NCBI GenBank assembly: GCA_964636405.1
Contig: CAZWSI010000011.1
Span: 62 to 64,061, forward strand
Length of the DNA stretch: 64,000 nt
Reading direction: 5' to 3'
DNA from: an uncultured Oscillospiraceae bacterium
GTDB lineage: Bacteria > Bacillota > Clostridia > Christensenellales > CAG-138
The position numbers and the translations under genes are program-made. Below the pieces are notes generated by a model. The model ran no database searches. It was not told the origin of the DNA and saw only the letters and a list, made by a program, of their open reading frames with translations. The number at the start of each line of letters is the position of its first letter. Positions within the stretch are counted from its first letter, which is position 1. Below, piece after piece: positions 46,071 to 54,656 of this stretch.

Positions 46071-47009
46071 GTGAAACGATTCATGAAACGCGCTATCATT
46101 GCGGTGCTCGCACTGTGCCTGCTGACCGCGCTTGCCGCGTCAGGGCTTGCGGACGCGGGCAATTTTTCCGGCGATTCCGATTGGGGCGGCGGCTCTGACT
46201 GGGGAAGCAGCTCGGATTGGGGCAGCAGCTCCGACTGGGGGAGCGATTCCGGCTGGAGCTCCGGCAACGATTATTCCTATATTGACTCTGACGAGAGCGA
46301 AAGCGACGGTTTCGATCTTGTGATTGTGGCAATCGTCGTCATCGTTATTATCGTCGTTGTGCTGAAAAACGTAAAGGGCGGCGGCTCGGGCCGTTCCACG
46401 GCGCAGCAGATGTACACCGCCTCCTTTGAGGGCGAGGGCATTCCGCTCGAACGCCTCAAGGAGAAGGACCCGCTCTTTAACGAGCAGGCGTTTTGCGAGC
46501 AAATTGGGAACATCTATGTACAGATGCAGAATGCCTGGCAAAACAAGGATTGGGAGCCCATGCGCGCCGTGATGAGCGATTCGCTCTTTAATCAAATGAA
46601 CAGGCAGTTGCAGGAGCTGATCAAGCAGGGCGTGACAAACCGGGTCGAGCGCATCGCGGTGCTCGACGCGCGCATCAGCAAGTATATGCAGGAGGCGGAC
46701 AACGACGTATTGATCGTACGCTTGAATACGCGCATCTGCGATTATACTGTAAACGATCAAACAGGCCAGACCGTGCGCGGCAACGCGAACAAAGAGCTGT
46801 TTATGACCTATGATTGGAAGTTGACGCGTCAAAAGGATCGCAAGACGCTGGAGAAGGATTCCATGACGGACGTGGCCTGCCCCAACTGCGGCGCGCCCAT
46901 GTCCATCAAGCAGACGGGCCGCTGCGATTACTGTGGCACGGTCGTGACCCTGGACGATCACGATTGGGCGCTCTCTGCCATCAAGGGCATTGCCCAGCGC
47001 AGCAGTTAA
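46071..47009 (+). CDS. Tim44-like-domain membrane protein with C-terminal zinc ribbon
   Basis: GTG 46071 with GGAGGG SD and a TTGTCG-17-TATGAT promoter. Signal/TM segment, SDWG repeat region, second TM, Tim44-like region, CPNCG...CDYCG. Confidence 0.7.
   Translation: MKRFMKRAIIAVLALCLLTALAASGLADAGNFSGDSDWGGGSDWGSSSDWGSSSDWGSDSGWSSGNDYSYIDSDESESDGFDLVIVAIVVIVIIVVVLKNVKGGGSGRSTAQQMYTASFEGEGIPLERLKEKDPLFNEQAFCEQIGNIYVQMQNAWQNKDWEPMRAVMSDSLFNQMNRQLQELIKQGVTNRVERIAVLDARISKYMQEADNDVLIVRLNTRICDYTVNDQTGQTVRGNANKELFMTYDWKLTRQKDRKTLEKDSMTDVACPNCGAPMSIKQTGRCDYCGTVVTLDDHDWALSAIKGIAQRSS
46175..46264 (+). repeat. 5 x 18-bp imperfect tandem repeat inside the CDS
   Basis: Units TCCGATTGGGGCGGCGGC / TCTGACTGGGGAAGCAGC / TCGGATTGGGGCAGCAGC / TCCGACTGGGGGAGCGAT / TCCGGCTGGAGCTCCGGC, encoding SDWGxx. 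Confidence 0.8.
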
Positions 47010-47093
47010 GGCGCGGCGCGGCTGATGAGATGCAGCGGGCCCGGCGCATGCATCGCCGGGCCCGTTTTATATTGTTTTGGCAAGCCGCTCTTC

Positions 47094-47813
47094 TTAATAC
47101 CCAGCCGTTAAAACGACCGCCTGATGCTCCGCGTCGGTCAGGCCGCCGACATGCGCGGGCGCGTTTTCAAAATACAGACGAAATTGCCCGGCATTGATCG
47201 CATCCGCCGCGTCCGCGCGCGGATCAAGCGTAAGCGAGGCCGCGATGCGCGCACTGCCGATCGCGACGGTGACCGGGTGCTTGTCGAGCGAACGCAAATC
47301 GCCAAAAAGCCCGAGCACGGTTGCCGCGTCCCAGGGGGAAACCGGCGTCATGGCGGCAAAACCCGCCTCGCCGTCGTCGTAGCTCGCGTGCAGCACGGAG
47401 CCGCTTACGCAACTGGTTACCACATAGCTCGCCCCCATGGCCAGCTTTGTCCGCACGGTTTCCCAATCGGACAGACGGCCGATGAGCGCCTGTGCGGGCG
47501 CGGGCGCGTTAAAAACGTGTGAAGCGTTCAGCGCACGGGCCGGTGCGTTTGCGGCAAAGACCGCGCCAAGAAGCGCGGGCGCGCCTTCCGCATCGCCCGA
47601 AAAGCCCTCGAGCGCGAGGCTGAGCGCTTCGTCCGCAACCTCCGGGGCGGGCGCGTCAAAATAACCTAGATCGTCAAGCCGCAGTCGCAAGCGGTAAAGC
47701 GCGTCGCTGTCGAGCCCGTCCGCCGCGTTTGCGGCCCGGGCCGGCGCGCCCCCCGAAAGCGCGGCGCAGAGAAAGGCCGCGCACGCAAAAAAGAGCGAAA
47801 CAAGTCTTTTCAT
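47094..47813 (-). CDS. Hypothetical secreted protein
   Basis: ORF 47094..47897. Start at ATG 47813, giving a canonical signal peptide (MKRLVSLFFACAAFLCAALSGGAPARA). No recognised domain. Confidence 0.6.
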   Translation of the reverse strand: MKRLVSLFFACAAFLCAALSGGAPARAANAADGLDSDALYRLRLRLDDLGYFDAPAPEVADEALSLALEGFSGDAEGAPALLGAVFAANAPARALNASHVFNAPAPAQALIGRLSDWETVRTKLAMGASYVVTSCVSGSVLHASYDDGEAGFAAMTPVSPWDAATVLGLFGDLRSLDKHPVTVAIGSARIAASLTLDPRADAADAINAGQFRLYFENAPAHVGGLTDAEHQAVVLTAGY

Positions 47814-47820
47814 GGGTATG

Positions 47821-47829
47821 AGTATAGCA
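47821..47829 (-). promoter_or_regulatory. Extended -10 (TGCTATACT) 7 nt upstream of ATG 47813
   Basis: Minus-strand sequence is ATGCTATACT-CATACCC-ATG. Confidence 0.4.
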
Positions 47830-47866
47830 TATAATAACAGGGAAGAAAAGAAACGGGGAAAAATCG

Positions 47867-48091
47867 ATGCGCTGTAGCTGTCAAGTTTGCGGAACATATA
47901 TGGTGCAGCAGGAACGGGGGTTGGATTGCCGCTGCATCTGCCCCAATTGCTTTTTTACCTGCGCGGCCTGCATGGGCACGCCGCAGCAGCCGCTTACGAA
48001 AGAGGATTTGACGCATCTTCTTTCCCAGCGGGCAAGGCTCGACGCGGAGCGCGAGGAAAGCGCGGAAACGGACGACTCATTTATTGACTGA
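47867..48091 (+). CDS. Small Cys-rich zinc-ribbon-like protein (74 aa)
   Basis: Nine Cys in the first 35 residues (CxCxxC...CxCxCxxCxxxCxxC) and an acidic C-terminus. TATAAT about 30 nt upstream; weak SD. Ends 13 nt before the next gene. Confidence 0.45.
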   Translation: MRCSCQVCGTYMVQQERGLDCRCICPNCFFTCAACMGTPQQPLTKEDLTHLLSQRARLDAEREESAETDDSFID

Positions 48092-48104
48092 AGGGAGCTT
48101 GCCC

Positions 48105-48929
48105 ATGCTGGAATTTCCCGAAAGCCGCGTGATTTCGGCGCAAATGCGCAATACGCTCGCGGGCAGAAAAATTGTTTCGGTTGAGGTTGAGCAAACCCCG
48201 CATCGCTTCGCGTTCTTTTCCGACTGCAAGGAGCGCTACGACGCGCTTTTGCGCGGCCAGACCGTGCGCGGCGCGTGCGGGCACGGCGGCATTGTGGAGC
48301 TAGATACGGACGAGCTTATGCTGTTTTTCTCCGACGGCGCTTACCCCCGCTACTGCGCGCCCGGCACGCCGGAGCCAAGGAAACGACAGCTCCTTGTCCG
48401 CTTTGACGACGGCAGCGCGCTGTCGGTTTCCGTTCAGATGTACGGTTATATCGGCTTAAGCGCGCCCGCGCTTTGTGAGCATGCGTATTATCGCTCCTCG
48501 GCGGACAAGCCGGACGCACTCTCGGCGGCGTTTTCGCTGCCTTATTTTCTGGGGCTCATGCCGGATGGCGGCGCGAAGCTGTCGGTCAAGGGCTTTCTTG
48601 CCACGGAACAGCGCATTCCCGGGCTGGGCAACGGCGTTTTGCAGGACATATTATGGAACGCGCGGCTCGATCCGCGCCGCGATGTGCGTACGCTTTCAAA
48701 AGACGAGCTTGCGGCGCTGTACCATTGGGTACGGGATACGCTTTCCGCCATGTGCGCGGCTGGCGGCCGCGCCACGGAGTGTGATTTCTTCGGCAAGCCC
48801 GGCGGCTATGCGCAACGGCTTTGCAAGGATACCCTCGGCACGCCCTGCCCGCGCTGCGGAACACCCATCGAAAAGGCAGCCTACATGGGCGGCGCTGTGT
48901 ACTTCTGTCCGCTCTGCCAGCGCAGATAG
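48105..48929 (+). CDS. Fpg/Nei-family (H2TH + zinc finger) protein, atypical N-terminus
   Basis: ORF 48084..48929. ATG 48105 with AAGGGAG SD. H2TH motif IPGLGNGVLQDILWNARLDP and C-terminal CPRCG...CPLCQ. The N-terminus is MLEFPE instead of MPELPE. Confidence 0.75.
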   Translation: MLEFPESRVISAQMRNTLAGRKIVSVEVEQTPHRFAFFSDCKERYDALLRGQTVRGACGHGGIVELDTDELMLFFSDGAYPRYCAPGTPEPRKRQLLVRFDDGSALSVSVQMYGYIGLSAPALCEHAYYRSSADKPDALSAAFSLPYFLGLMPDGGAKLSVKGFLATEQRIPGLGNGVLQDILWNARLDPRRDVRTLSKDELAALYHWVRDTLSAMCAAGGRATECDFFGKPGGYAQRLCKDTLGTPCPRCGTPIEKAAYMGGAVYFCPLCQRR

Positions 48930-49068
48930 CGCATTCTATTTTTAAGCAAAAAAATGAAATGCTCTCCTTTTGCGCGCAATGCTCAACAGGTCATGGAAAC
49001 GTGCGTGTGATTGACAGGCGAAGCGCCGCGTGTTATCCTCAATGCAGAATAACGTTTGAGGTGTACCT

Positions 49069-49863
49069 ATGCTTGTGCTCATCAAGGGCGCCGGGGATCT
49101 GGCCAGCGGCGTAGCCTACCGCCTGCATCGCGCGGGCTTTCAGATTGTCATGACGGATCTGCCCTTCCCTACGTCCATCCGGCGCACGGTGTGCTTTTCG
49201 GAGGCCATTCCAAACGGAGAAACCACGGTGGAGGGCGTGCGCGCGCGCTTTGCCCGCGACGCAGCCGCCGCGCGCGAAATCATCCGCGAGGGCGATATCG
49301 CCGTGCTTGCGGACGAACGCGCCGCATGCCGCGGGCTTCTTGAACCCACCGTTGTGGTGGACGCCATCCTTGCAAAAAAGAATCTGGGCACGGCCATAAC
49401 CGACGCGCCCGCCGTCATTGCGCTCGGCCCCGGCTTTACGGCTGGGACGGATTGCCACGCGGTGGTGGAAACCATGCGCGGGCACAGGCTTGGGCGTGTG
49501 TATACTTCCGGCGGAGCCATTCCCAATACGGGCGTGCCGGGCGACGTGGGCGGCTTCACGCTCGAGCGCATCCTGCGCGCGCCTGAGGCGGGCGTTTTTC
49601 GCGGCGTAGCGCGGATCGGCGATATCGTCGAAGCCGGACAGCTCTGTGCCTGCGCGGGCGACGCGCCCATTTGCGCAGCCATCGGGGGCGTACTGCGCGG
49701 GCTGCTGCCGGACGGAACGCAGGTGCACGCGGGCATGAAGTGCGGAGATGTCGACCCCCGCTGCCGCGTGGAGCACTGCTATCTCATTTCCGATAAGGCG
49801 CTGAGCGTGGCGGGCGGCGTGCTGGAGGCCGTTTTGTTTCTCACGGGGGTCATAAAAGCATGA
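49069..49863 (+). CDS. yqeB: YqeB-family selenium-dependent molybdenum hydroxylase system protein (short, EF2563-like form)
   Basis: 264 aa. N-terminus MLVLIKGAGDLASGVAYRLHRAGF...IRRTVCFSEAI resembles the YqeB family. ATGA overlap with selD. TTGACA-17-TATCCT promoter upstream. Confidence 0.7.
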   Translation: MLVLIKGAGDLASGVAYRLHRAGFQIVMTDLPFPTSIRRTVCFSEAIPNGETTVEGVRARFARDAAAAREIIREGDIAVLADERAACRGLLEPTVVVDAILAKKNLGTAITDAPAVIALGPGFTAGTDCHAVVETMRGHRLGRVYTSGGAIPNTGVPGDVGGFTLERILRAPEAGVFRGVARIGDIVEAGQLCACAGDAPICAAIGGVLRGLLPDGTQVHAGMKCGDVDPRCRVEHCYLISDKALSVAGGVLEAVLFLTGVIKA

Positions 49864-50894
49864 CGGATGATGTAATGCGCACCAAGCTTGCAAGCTGCGC
49901 GGGCTGCGGCGCAAAGGTTGGCGCGGGCGTGCTCGCGGAGCTGCTTGGCGGTCTGCCCGTACGCTTCGACGAGAATTTGCTTGTCGGCTTTGACAAGAGT
50001 GACGACGCGTCCGTGTACCGCGTGAGCGACACGCTGGCGCTTGTGCAGACGCTCGATTTTTTTCCGCCCATCGACGAGGATCCCTATATCTTCGGTCAGA
50101 TCGCGGCAACCAACGCGCTTTCGGATATCTACGCCATGGGCGCGGAGCCCAAGCTTGCGCTCAATATCCTCTGCGTGCCGGAGAAGATGGCCCCCTCCGA
50201 CGTGCGCGCCATTCTGGCGGGCGGCTACGACAAGGTATACGACGCGGGCGCGATTCTCACCGGCGGGCACAGCATCCACGACGACGTGCCCAAATACGGT
50301 TTGAGCGTCACGGGTTTTGCGGACCCTGCCCGCATCCTGAAAAACGGAGGCGCGCTTCCGGGCGACGCGCTGCTGCTCACCAAGCCCCTGGGCGTGGGGA
50401 TTCTTTCCTCCGCGCGCAAGGGCGGACTGGTGTCCGATGAAACGATTGAAACGCTGCGCAGGCAGATGACGACGCTCAACAAAGCCGCGCGCGATTGCAT
50501 GACGCGCTTTGCTGTGCACGCGTGCACGGATGTGACGGGCTTTTCCCTGCTTGGACACCTGCTGGAAATGGCCCAGGCATCCGGCGCTTCGGCGGAGGTG
50601 GATACGGCCTCCGTTCCCATTCTTGAAGGCGCGCTGGCGTTTGCGGAGATTGGGATTTTGCCCGAGGGCATGTACCGCAACCGCCGCTATGCCGGGCCGC
50701 AGGTGGACGTGGGAAGCGTGCCGCTCCCCTTGCAGGACGCGCTGTTTGATCCGCAAACCTCGGGCGGGCTGCTCATGGCCGTTGCAAAGGAGGACGCCGA
50801 CGCGTTGCTTTCCGCGCTTACGGGCAACCTTCCCTGCGCGCGCCGCATCGGCACAATCGTCGCGGAGCGCGAGAAGCGTATCTATCTTCTATAA
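49860..50894 (+). CDS. selD: Selenide, water dikinase (selenophosphate synthetase), Cys-type
   Basis: N-terminal SCAGCGAKVG active-site loop, encoded with TGC rather than TGA. PurM-like fold motifs (DDASVY, DFFPP, GGHSI). Confidence 0.9.
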   Translation: MTDDVMRTKLASCAGCGAKVGAGVLAELLGGLPVRFDENLLVGFDKSDDASVYRVSDTLALVQTLDFFPPIDEDPYIFGQIAATNALSDIYAMGAEPKLALNILCVPEKMAPSDVRAILAGGYDKVYDAGAILTGGHSIHDDVPKYGLSVTGFADPARILKNGGALPGDALLLTKPLGVGILSSARKGGLVSDETIETLRRQMTTLNKAARDCMTRFAVHACTDVTGFSLLGHLLEMAQASGASAEVDTASVPILEGALAFAEIGILPEGMYRNRRYAGPQVDVGSVPLPLQDALFDPQTSGGLLMAVAKEDADALLSALTGNLPCARRIGTIVAEREKRIYLL

Positions 50895-51105
50895 CGAAAA
50901 AGCGCGTTTCGCGCAGGATTTCCGGCCCTGTCCTTTATGGCGGCATTCGGCAAGTCTGTTTTTTGCAATAAGCGCGTTTTAACCAAAACAAAGCTGGAGC
51001 CGCCCGAAAACGACGCCAGCTTGTTTCATTTTCCATATTCTCGCGATGGGCGCTTCGGTCTTTGCCGGTTGCTCGCGTCGGGGTTGTTTGTGACCTCGTG
51101 CGCTG

Positions 51106-52503
51106 TTACACAGGCTTTGCCGCCGTTTCCTTTTCGGCCAGCATTCGCTTGGTATCCCGGTCGATATTGAGGAAAAGCACCACCACGAGCATGAGCGCGG
51201 CCACAATGGTGGGAACCCAGCCCAGCATGGCGTTGATGGTATTGATAGCCGCCCGCGGCATTTGCGCAGGCGTGAGCGCCGCGTCAAAATCGGCCAGCTT
51301 GAGCGCGCCGGTGATAAGCAGCGTCGTACCCGCCGTGGCGAGCTTCGCGGCGAGATTGTCGGCCGTTGAGACGAGGCTGTCGAGCCGGCGGCCGTCCTTC
51401 CTCTCGATCAAATCCACGATGTTGTTGCGGTTCGTATTGAACATGACGAAGGTAATGGTTACCGCGATGCCCACCGTGATGGCGTTGGTGTACAGCGCGC
51501 CGACCGCGAACGGATCGAGAATAAACCAGAGCTTCCCGAGGATAAACAGCACCGCCGCGAGCACCATGGTCCGTTTGCGCCCAAGCGCTTTGTCGAGCGG
51601 GGACACGGCAAAGGAGGTAAGCACGGATACGGCAAGGTAAGCCGCCTGTACGGGCGTGGCCGCCGCCGTGCTGCCGATGATATAGGTCGCATAATAGGTA
51701 AGGCAGCTCATCAAAAGCAGATTGATCACACCGTAGCAAATGATATACAGGGTGTTCAGCACCCAGCTTTTACACCCAAAGAGCATTTTGGCGACCTGCC
51801 TGACGGTGAGCTTTTCCTCCTCCGCCGCAAGGGGCTTGACGCGCTCCTTGGTTGTAAAGTAGTGCACGACGCAGCCGATTACGCACACCGCCCCCATCAC
51901 CATGGCGGTGAAAAGGAAGCCGCGCGCGCTTTTGCCCTCGACGAGGTTCCCGCCCGCGTCAAGGCCGCCGAAAAGCTTGAGCAGCGGCAGGCAGGCGACC
52001 GCGCCGATGCCGGAGCCCAGGCAGCCGCCCAAATTGCGATACACGTTGATGGAGCGGCGATCCGCGTCGAGGTTGGTCGCAAGCCCGGCCATGCTGTTAT
52101 AGGGGATGGCCACGAAGGTGTTGAACAACTCGAACACGAGGTAGATTGCCAGCGAAAGCACAGCGGTCAGCTTGGGTACAACGGAAAAATCGGTAAAGAG
52201 TAGCACGACGGTGATCGCCCAGGGCACGGAGAACCACAGCGCCAGCGGGCGGCAGCGCTCGCCGGACTTAAACTTGTGATTGACCGCCCAAAAGCCGATG
52301 ATGGGATCGTTAATCGCGTCCCAAACGGTGCCGATGGTCAAAATCGCGCCCGCGATCAGCACGTCGACCTTGAGAACGTTCGTGAGAAAAAAGAGATAAT
52401 AGAGGCTCTTGAACTGATAGACCACGTTGCTTGCTGTGGAAAAGGTGCAAAAACCAAGCTTTTCCGGGAAACGTGTGCGCGGTATTTCCTGCTGAAGACT
52501 CAT
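51106..52503 (-). CDS. GPH-family glycoside/pentoside/hexuronide:cation symporter
   Basis: 465 aa, 12 TM. N-terminal KLGFCTFSTASNVVYQ...GTVWDAINDPIIG motif typical of MelB/YicJ-like transporters. Confidence 0.85.
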   Translation of the reverse strand: MSLQQEIPRTRFPEKLGFCTFSTASNVVYQFKSLYYLFFLTNVLKVDVLIAGAILTIGTVWDAINDPIIGFWAVNHKFKSGERCRPLALWFSVPWAITVVLLFTDFSVVPKLTAVLSLAIYLVFELFNTFVAIPYNSMAGLATNLDADRRSINVYRNLGGCLGSGIGAVACLPLLKLFGGLDAGGNLVEGKSARGFLFTAMVMGAVCVIGCVVHYFTTKERVKPLAAEEEKLTVRQVAKMLFGCKSWVLNTLYIICYGVINLLLMSCLTYYATYIIGSTAAATPVQAAYLAVSVLTSFAVSPLDKALGRKRTMVLAAVLFILGKLWFILDPFAVGALYTNAITVGIAVTITFVMFNTNRNNIVDLIERKDGRRLDSLVSTADNLAAKLATAGTTLLITGALKLADFDAALTPAQMPRAAINTINAMLGWVPTIVAALMLVVVLFLNIDRDTKRMLAEKETAAKPV

Positions 52504-53471
52504 ACGCCTTCCTCCCTTTCTGCTATCGCACCAAGTCGGGCGCGCAGCAACGCCTTAAATCGCTCCGGCTCGTCCCCCATGGGATTATGGCCAGATTCGG
52601 CAAACCAGACCAGCTCCTTTTGCGGCGCTTCGATTTGATCAAACCAATGCTGCACGAGCGCGGCGGGCGTGTTTTGATCGAGCACGCCGTCGAAAATGAA
52701 GACGGGAACGGCAAAACGCGTGCAGGTTCTTTCAAAATCGGTCGCGCCGACCTCGGGCCACATTTTGTCCAGCACATAGCGATATCCCTTTACAAGGCCG
52801 TATAGATCGGAGGGGCTGTATTCCCCGGAAAACAGAACGGGAACGACAAAGGAAGCAAAATAGCTCCGTTTTTTCTCCGAGCGGGAATAGCCGCCGTATT
52901 TCATCATGATCTTGCGCTGAGCCATCATGCCGTCCAGCCCGCCCTTGTACACGCCCATCACCGGCGGGCCGACGCGCTCCAGCGTGGCGATAGCCTTAAG
53001 ATCCCCGGCTTTCTTCGCCTCCTCCAGCGCGAAGGCAAAGCTCAGCGCCTCGTTCTTCTCGCCGTTTACAACCTGACCAAAGCCGACGAAGGCGGCGATA
53101 CGCTCGGGATAGCGAAAGCTGAGCAGCGTGCCCAGCTCGGAACCCCAACTCCCGCCAATAATAAAGATTTTTTCCTTGCCAAATTCCCCGCAGAGCCATT
53201 CGACCAGCTCGCGCGCGTCCTCCACAAGACGATCGACGGTCAGGGTTTCGCGCTTCGCGCCCCAATAGGAGCCGCCGCTACCACGCTGATCCCAGGCGAC
53301 GAGCGTGAAGGCGTCCAGCAAATCCGCGTGGTCGCGCAAAACGGTGTGCCGGTTGCATACGCCCGGCCCGCCGTGCAAAAAGAGCAGAACGGGTCTCGCC
53401 GGATCGTCGGTCTTAATATGAATCTTCTGCGGCAGGCCGCCCAGCGCGACCTTTTGTTTGCGGTCGATCAT
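52500..53471 (-). CDS. Alpha/beta hydrolase (proline iminopeptidase-like, S33)
   Basis: LFLHGGPG oxyanion motif and nucleophile elbow GGSWGS. 4-nt overlap with the transporter gene. Confidence 0.8.
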   Translation of the reverse strand: MIDRKQKVALGGLPQKIHIKTDDPARPVLLFLHGGPGVCNRHTVLRDHADLLDAFTLVAWDQRGSGGSYWGAKRETLTVDRLVEDARELVEWLCGEFGKEKIFIIGGSWGSELGTLLSFRYPERIAAFVGFGQVVNGEKNEALSFAFALEEAKKAGDLKAIATLERVGPPVMGVYKGGLDGMMAQRKIMMKYGGYSRSEKKRSYFASFVVPVLFSGEYSPSDLYGLVKGYRYVLDKMWPEVGATDFERTCTRFAVPVFIFDGVLDQNTPAALVQHWFDQIEAPQKELVWFAESGHNPMGDEPERFKALLRARLGAIAEREEGV

Positions 53472-53511
53472 TTGCTTCCCCCTCCCCCATCCTCAGTGCA
53501 AATCGGCCCGT

Positions 53512-54633
53512 TCAGTCCTCCAGCTTCCCGGCCGCCTCGGCCATGTGCGCGGGGATGTCGATGCTCTGCGGGCAGCGGTCCGCGCACGCGCCGCAAGCAA
53601 TGCAATCGCCTGCTTTGCCGCCCTTTGCGGTCGCGTTGCGATAAGCCCCCTTTGCCTTTTCTAGGTTGGCGAAGCGGGTTAACGCATTGAGCGCGGAAAG
53701 CGCGCCCGGGATATTGATTTCCATTGGGCAGACCTCCTTGCAGTAGCCGCAGCCTGTGCAGGGAACGGTCTGGATGGCGCGCAGCGCCTCGCCCGTTTGC
53801 AGCAAAAGCGTGTTTTCCTCCGCCGAAAGAGGCGCAAGCGGCGAAAAGGTGGAAAGATTATCCCGCATTTGCTCGATATCAGACATGCCCGAGAGCACGA
53901 CCATTACGTTCTCCATGGAGGCCGCAAAACGCAGCGCCCACGATGCGACGGAGCGCTCCGGCGCGCTTGTCAGCAGCGGCGCGCGGAGAGCATCCGGCAG
54001 CAGCGCGAGCGACCCACCCCGAACCGGCTCCATGACGACCACGGGCTTGCCGTGCCGCACGGCCGTTTCATAGCACAGGCGGGACTGCACCTTATCGTTC
54101 TCCCAATCGAAATAATTGAGCTGTAATTGCACGAATTCCGTTTCGGGGTGATCGGTCAGCACCTTGTCCAGCACCTCCGCCGTATCATGGAAAGAGAAAC
54201 CGAGGCGGCGGATGAGGCCCCGTTCACGCAGGCGGCAAAGATAATCGAACGCGCCCGTTTGATCGACCGTTTCCATGCGCTTTTCGCTTATGGCGTGCAA
54301 AAGGTAAAAATCGAAATAACCCGCGCCCGTTCGCTCAAGCTGGGTTTGAAAGGTCTTTTCCAGATCGGACGGCTCATTGAGCAACCAAAGCGGCATTTTG
54401 TCGGCAAGCAGAAAGCCTTCGCGCGGATAGCGTGAAACGAGCGCGTCCTTCAGCGCACGCTCCGATTTGCCGTCATGATACGGATAGGCCGTGTCAAAAT
54501 ACCGTCCGCCCGCGGCAAGAAAGCTGTCCACCATGCCGCAAAAGCGCGGCAGATCGATCTCTCCGTCCCTTTCGGGCAGGCGCATCGCGCCAAAGCCGAG
54601 CTTAAGCGCGCCGTTTGAAAGCGGGTTAATCAA
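53512..54633 (-). CDS. Aldo/keto reductase with C-terminal 4Fe-4S ferredoxin-type domain
   Basis: AKR N-terminal region (FDTAYPYHDGKSE) plus two Cys clusters CTGCGYCKEVCP and CIACGACADRCP. Confidence 0.85.
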   Translation of the reverse strand: MINPLSNGALKLGFGAMRLPERDGEIDLPRFCGMVDSFLAAGGRYFDTAYPYHDGKSERALKDALVSRYPREGFLLADKMPLWLLNEPSDLEKTFQTQLERTGAGYFDFYLLHAISEKRMETVDQTGAFDYLCRLRERGLIRRLGFSFHDTAEVLDKVLTDHPETEFVQLQLNYFDWENDKVQSRLCYETAVRHGKPVVVMEPVRGGSLALLPDALRAPLLTSAPERSVASWALRFAASMENVMVVLSGMSDIEQMRDNLSTFSPLAPLSAEENTLLLQTGEALRAIQTVPCTGCGYCKEVCPMEINIPGALSALNALTRFANLEKAKGAYRNATAKGGKAGDCIACGACADRCPQSIDIPAHMAEAAGKLED

Positions 54634-54656
54634 GTAAATCCCCTCCTTTTGAACCG

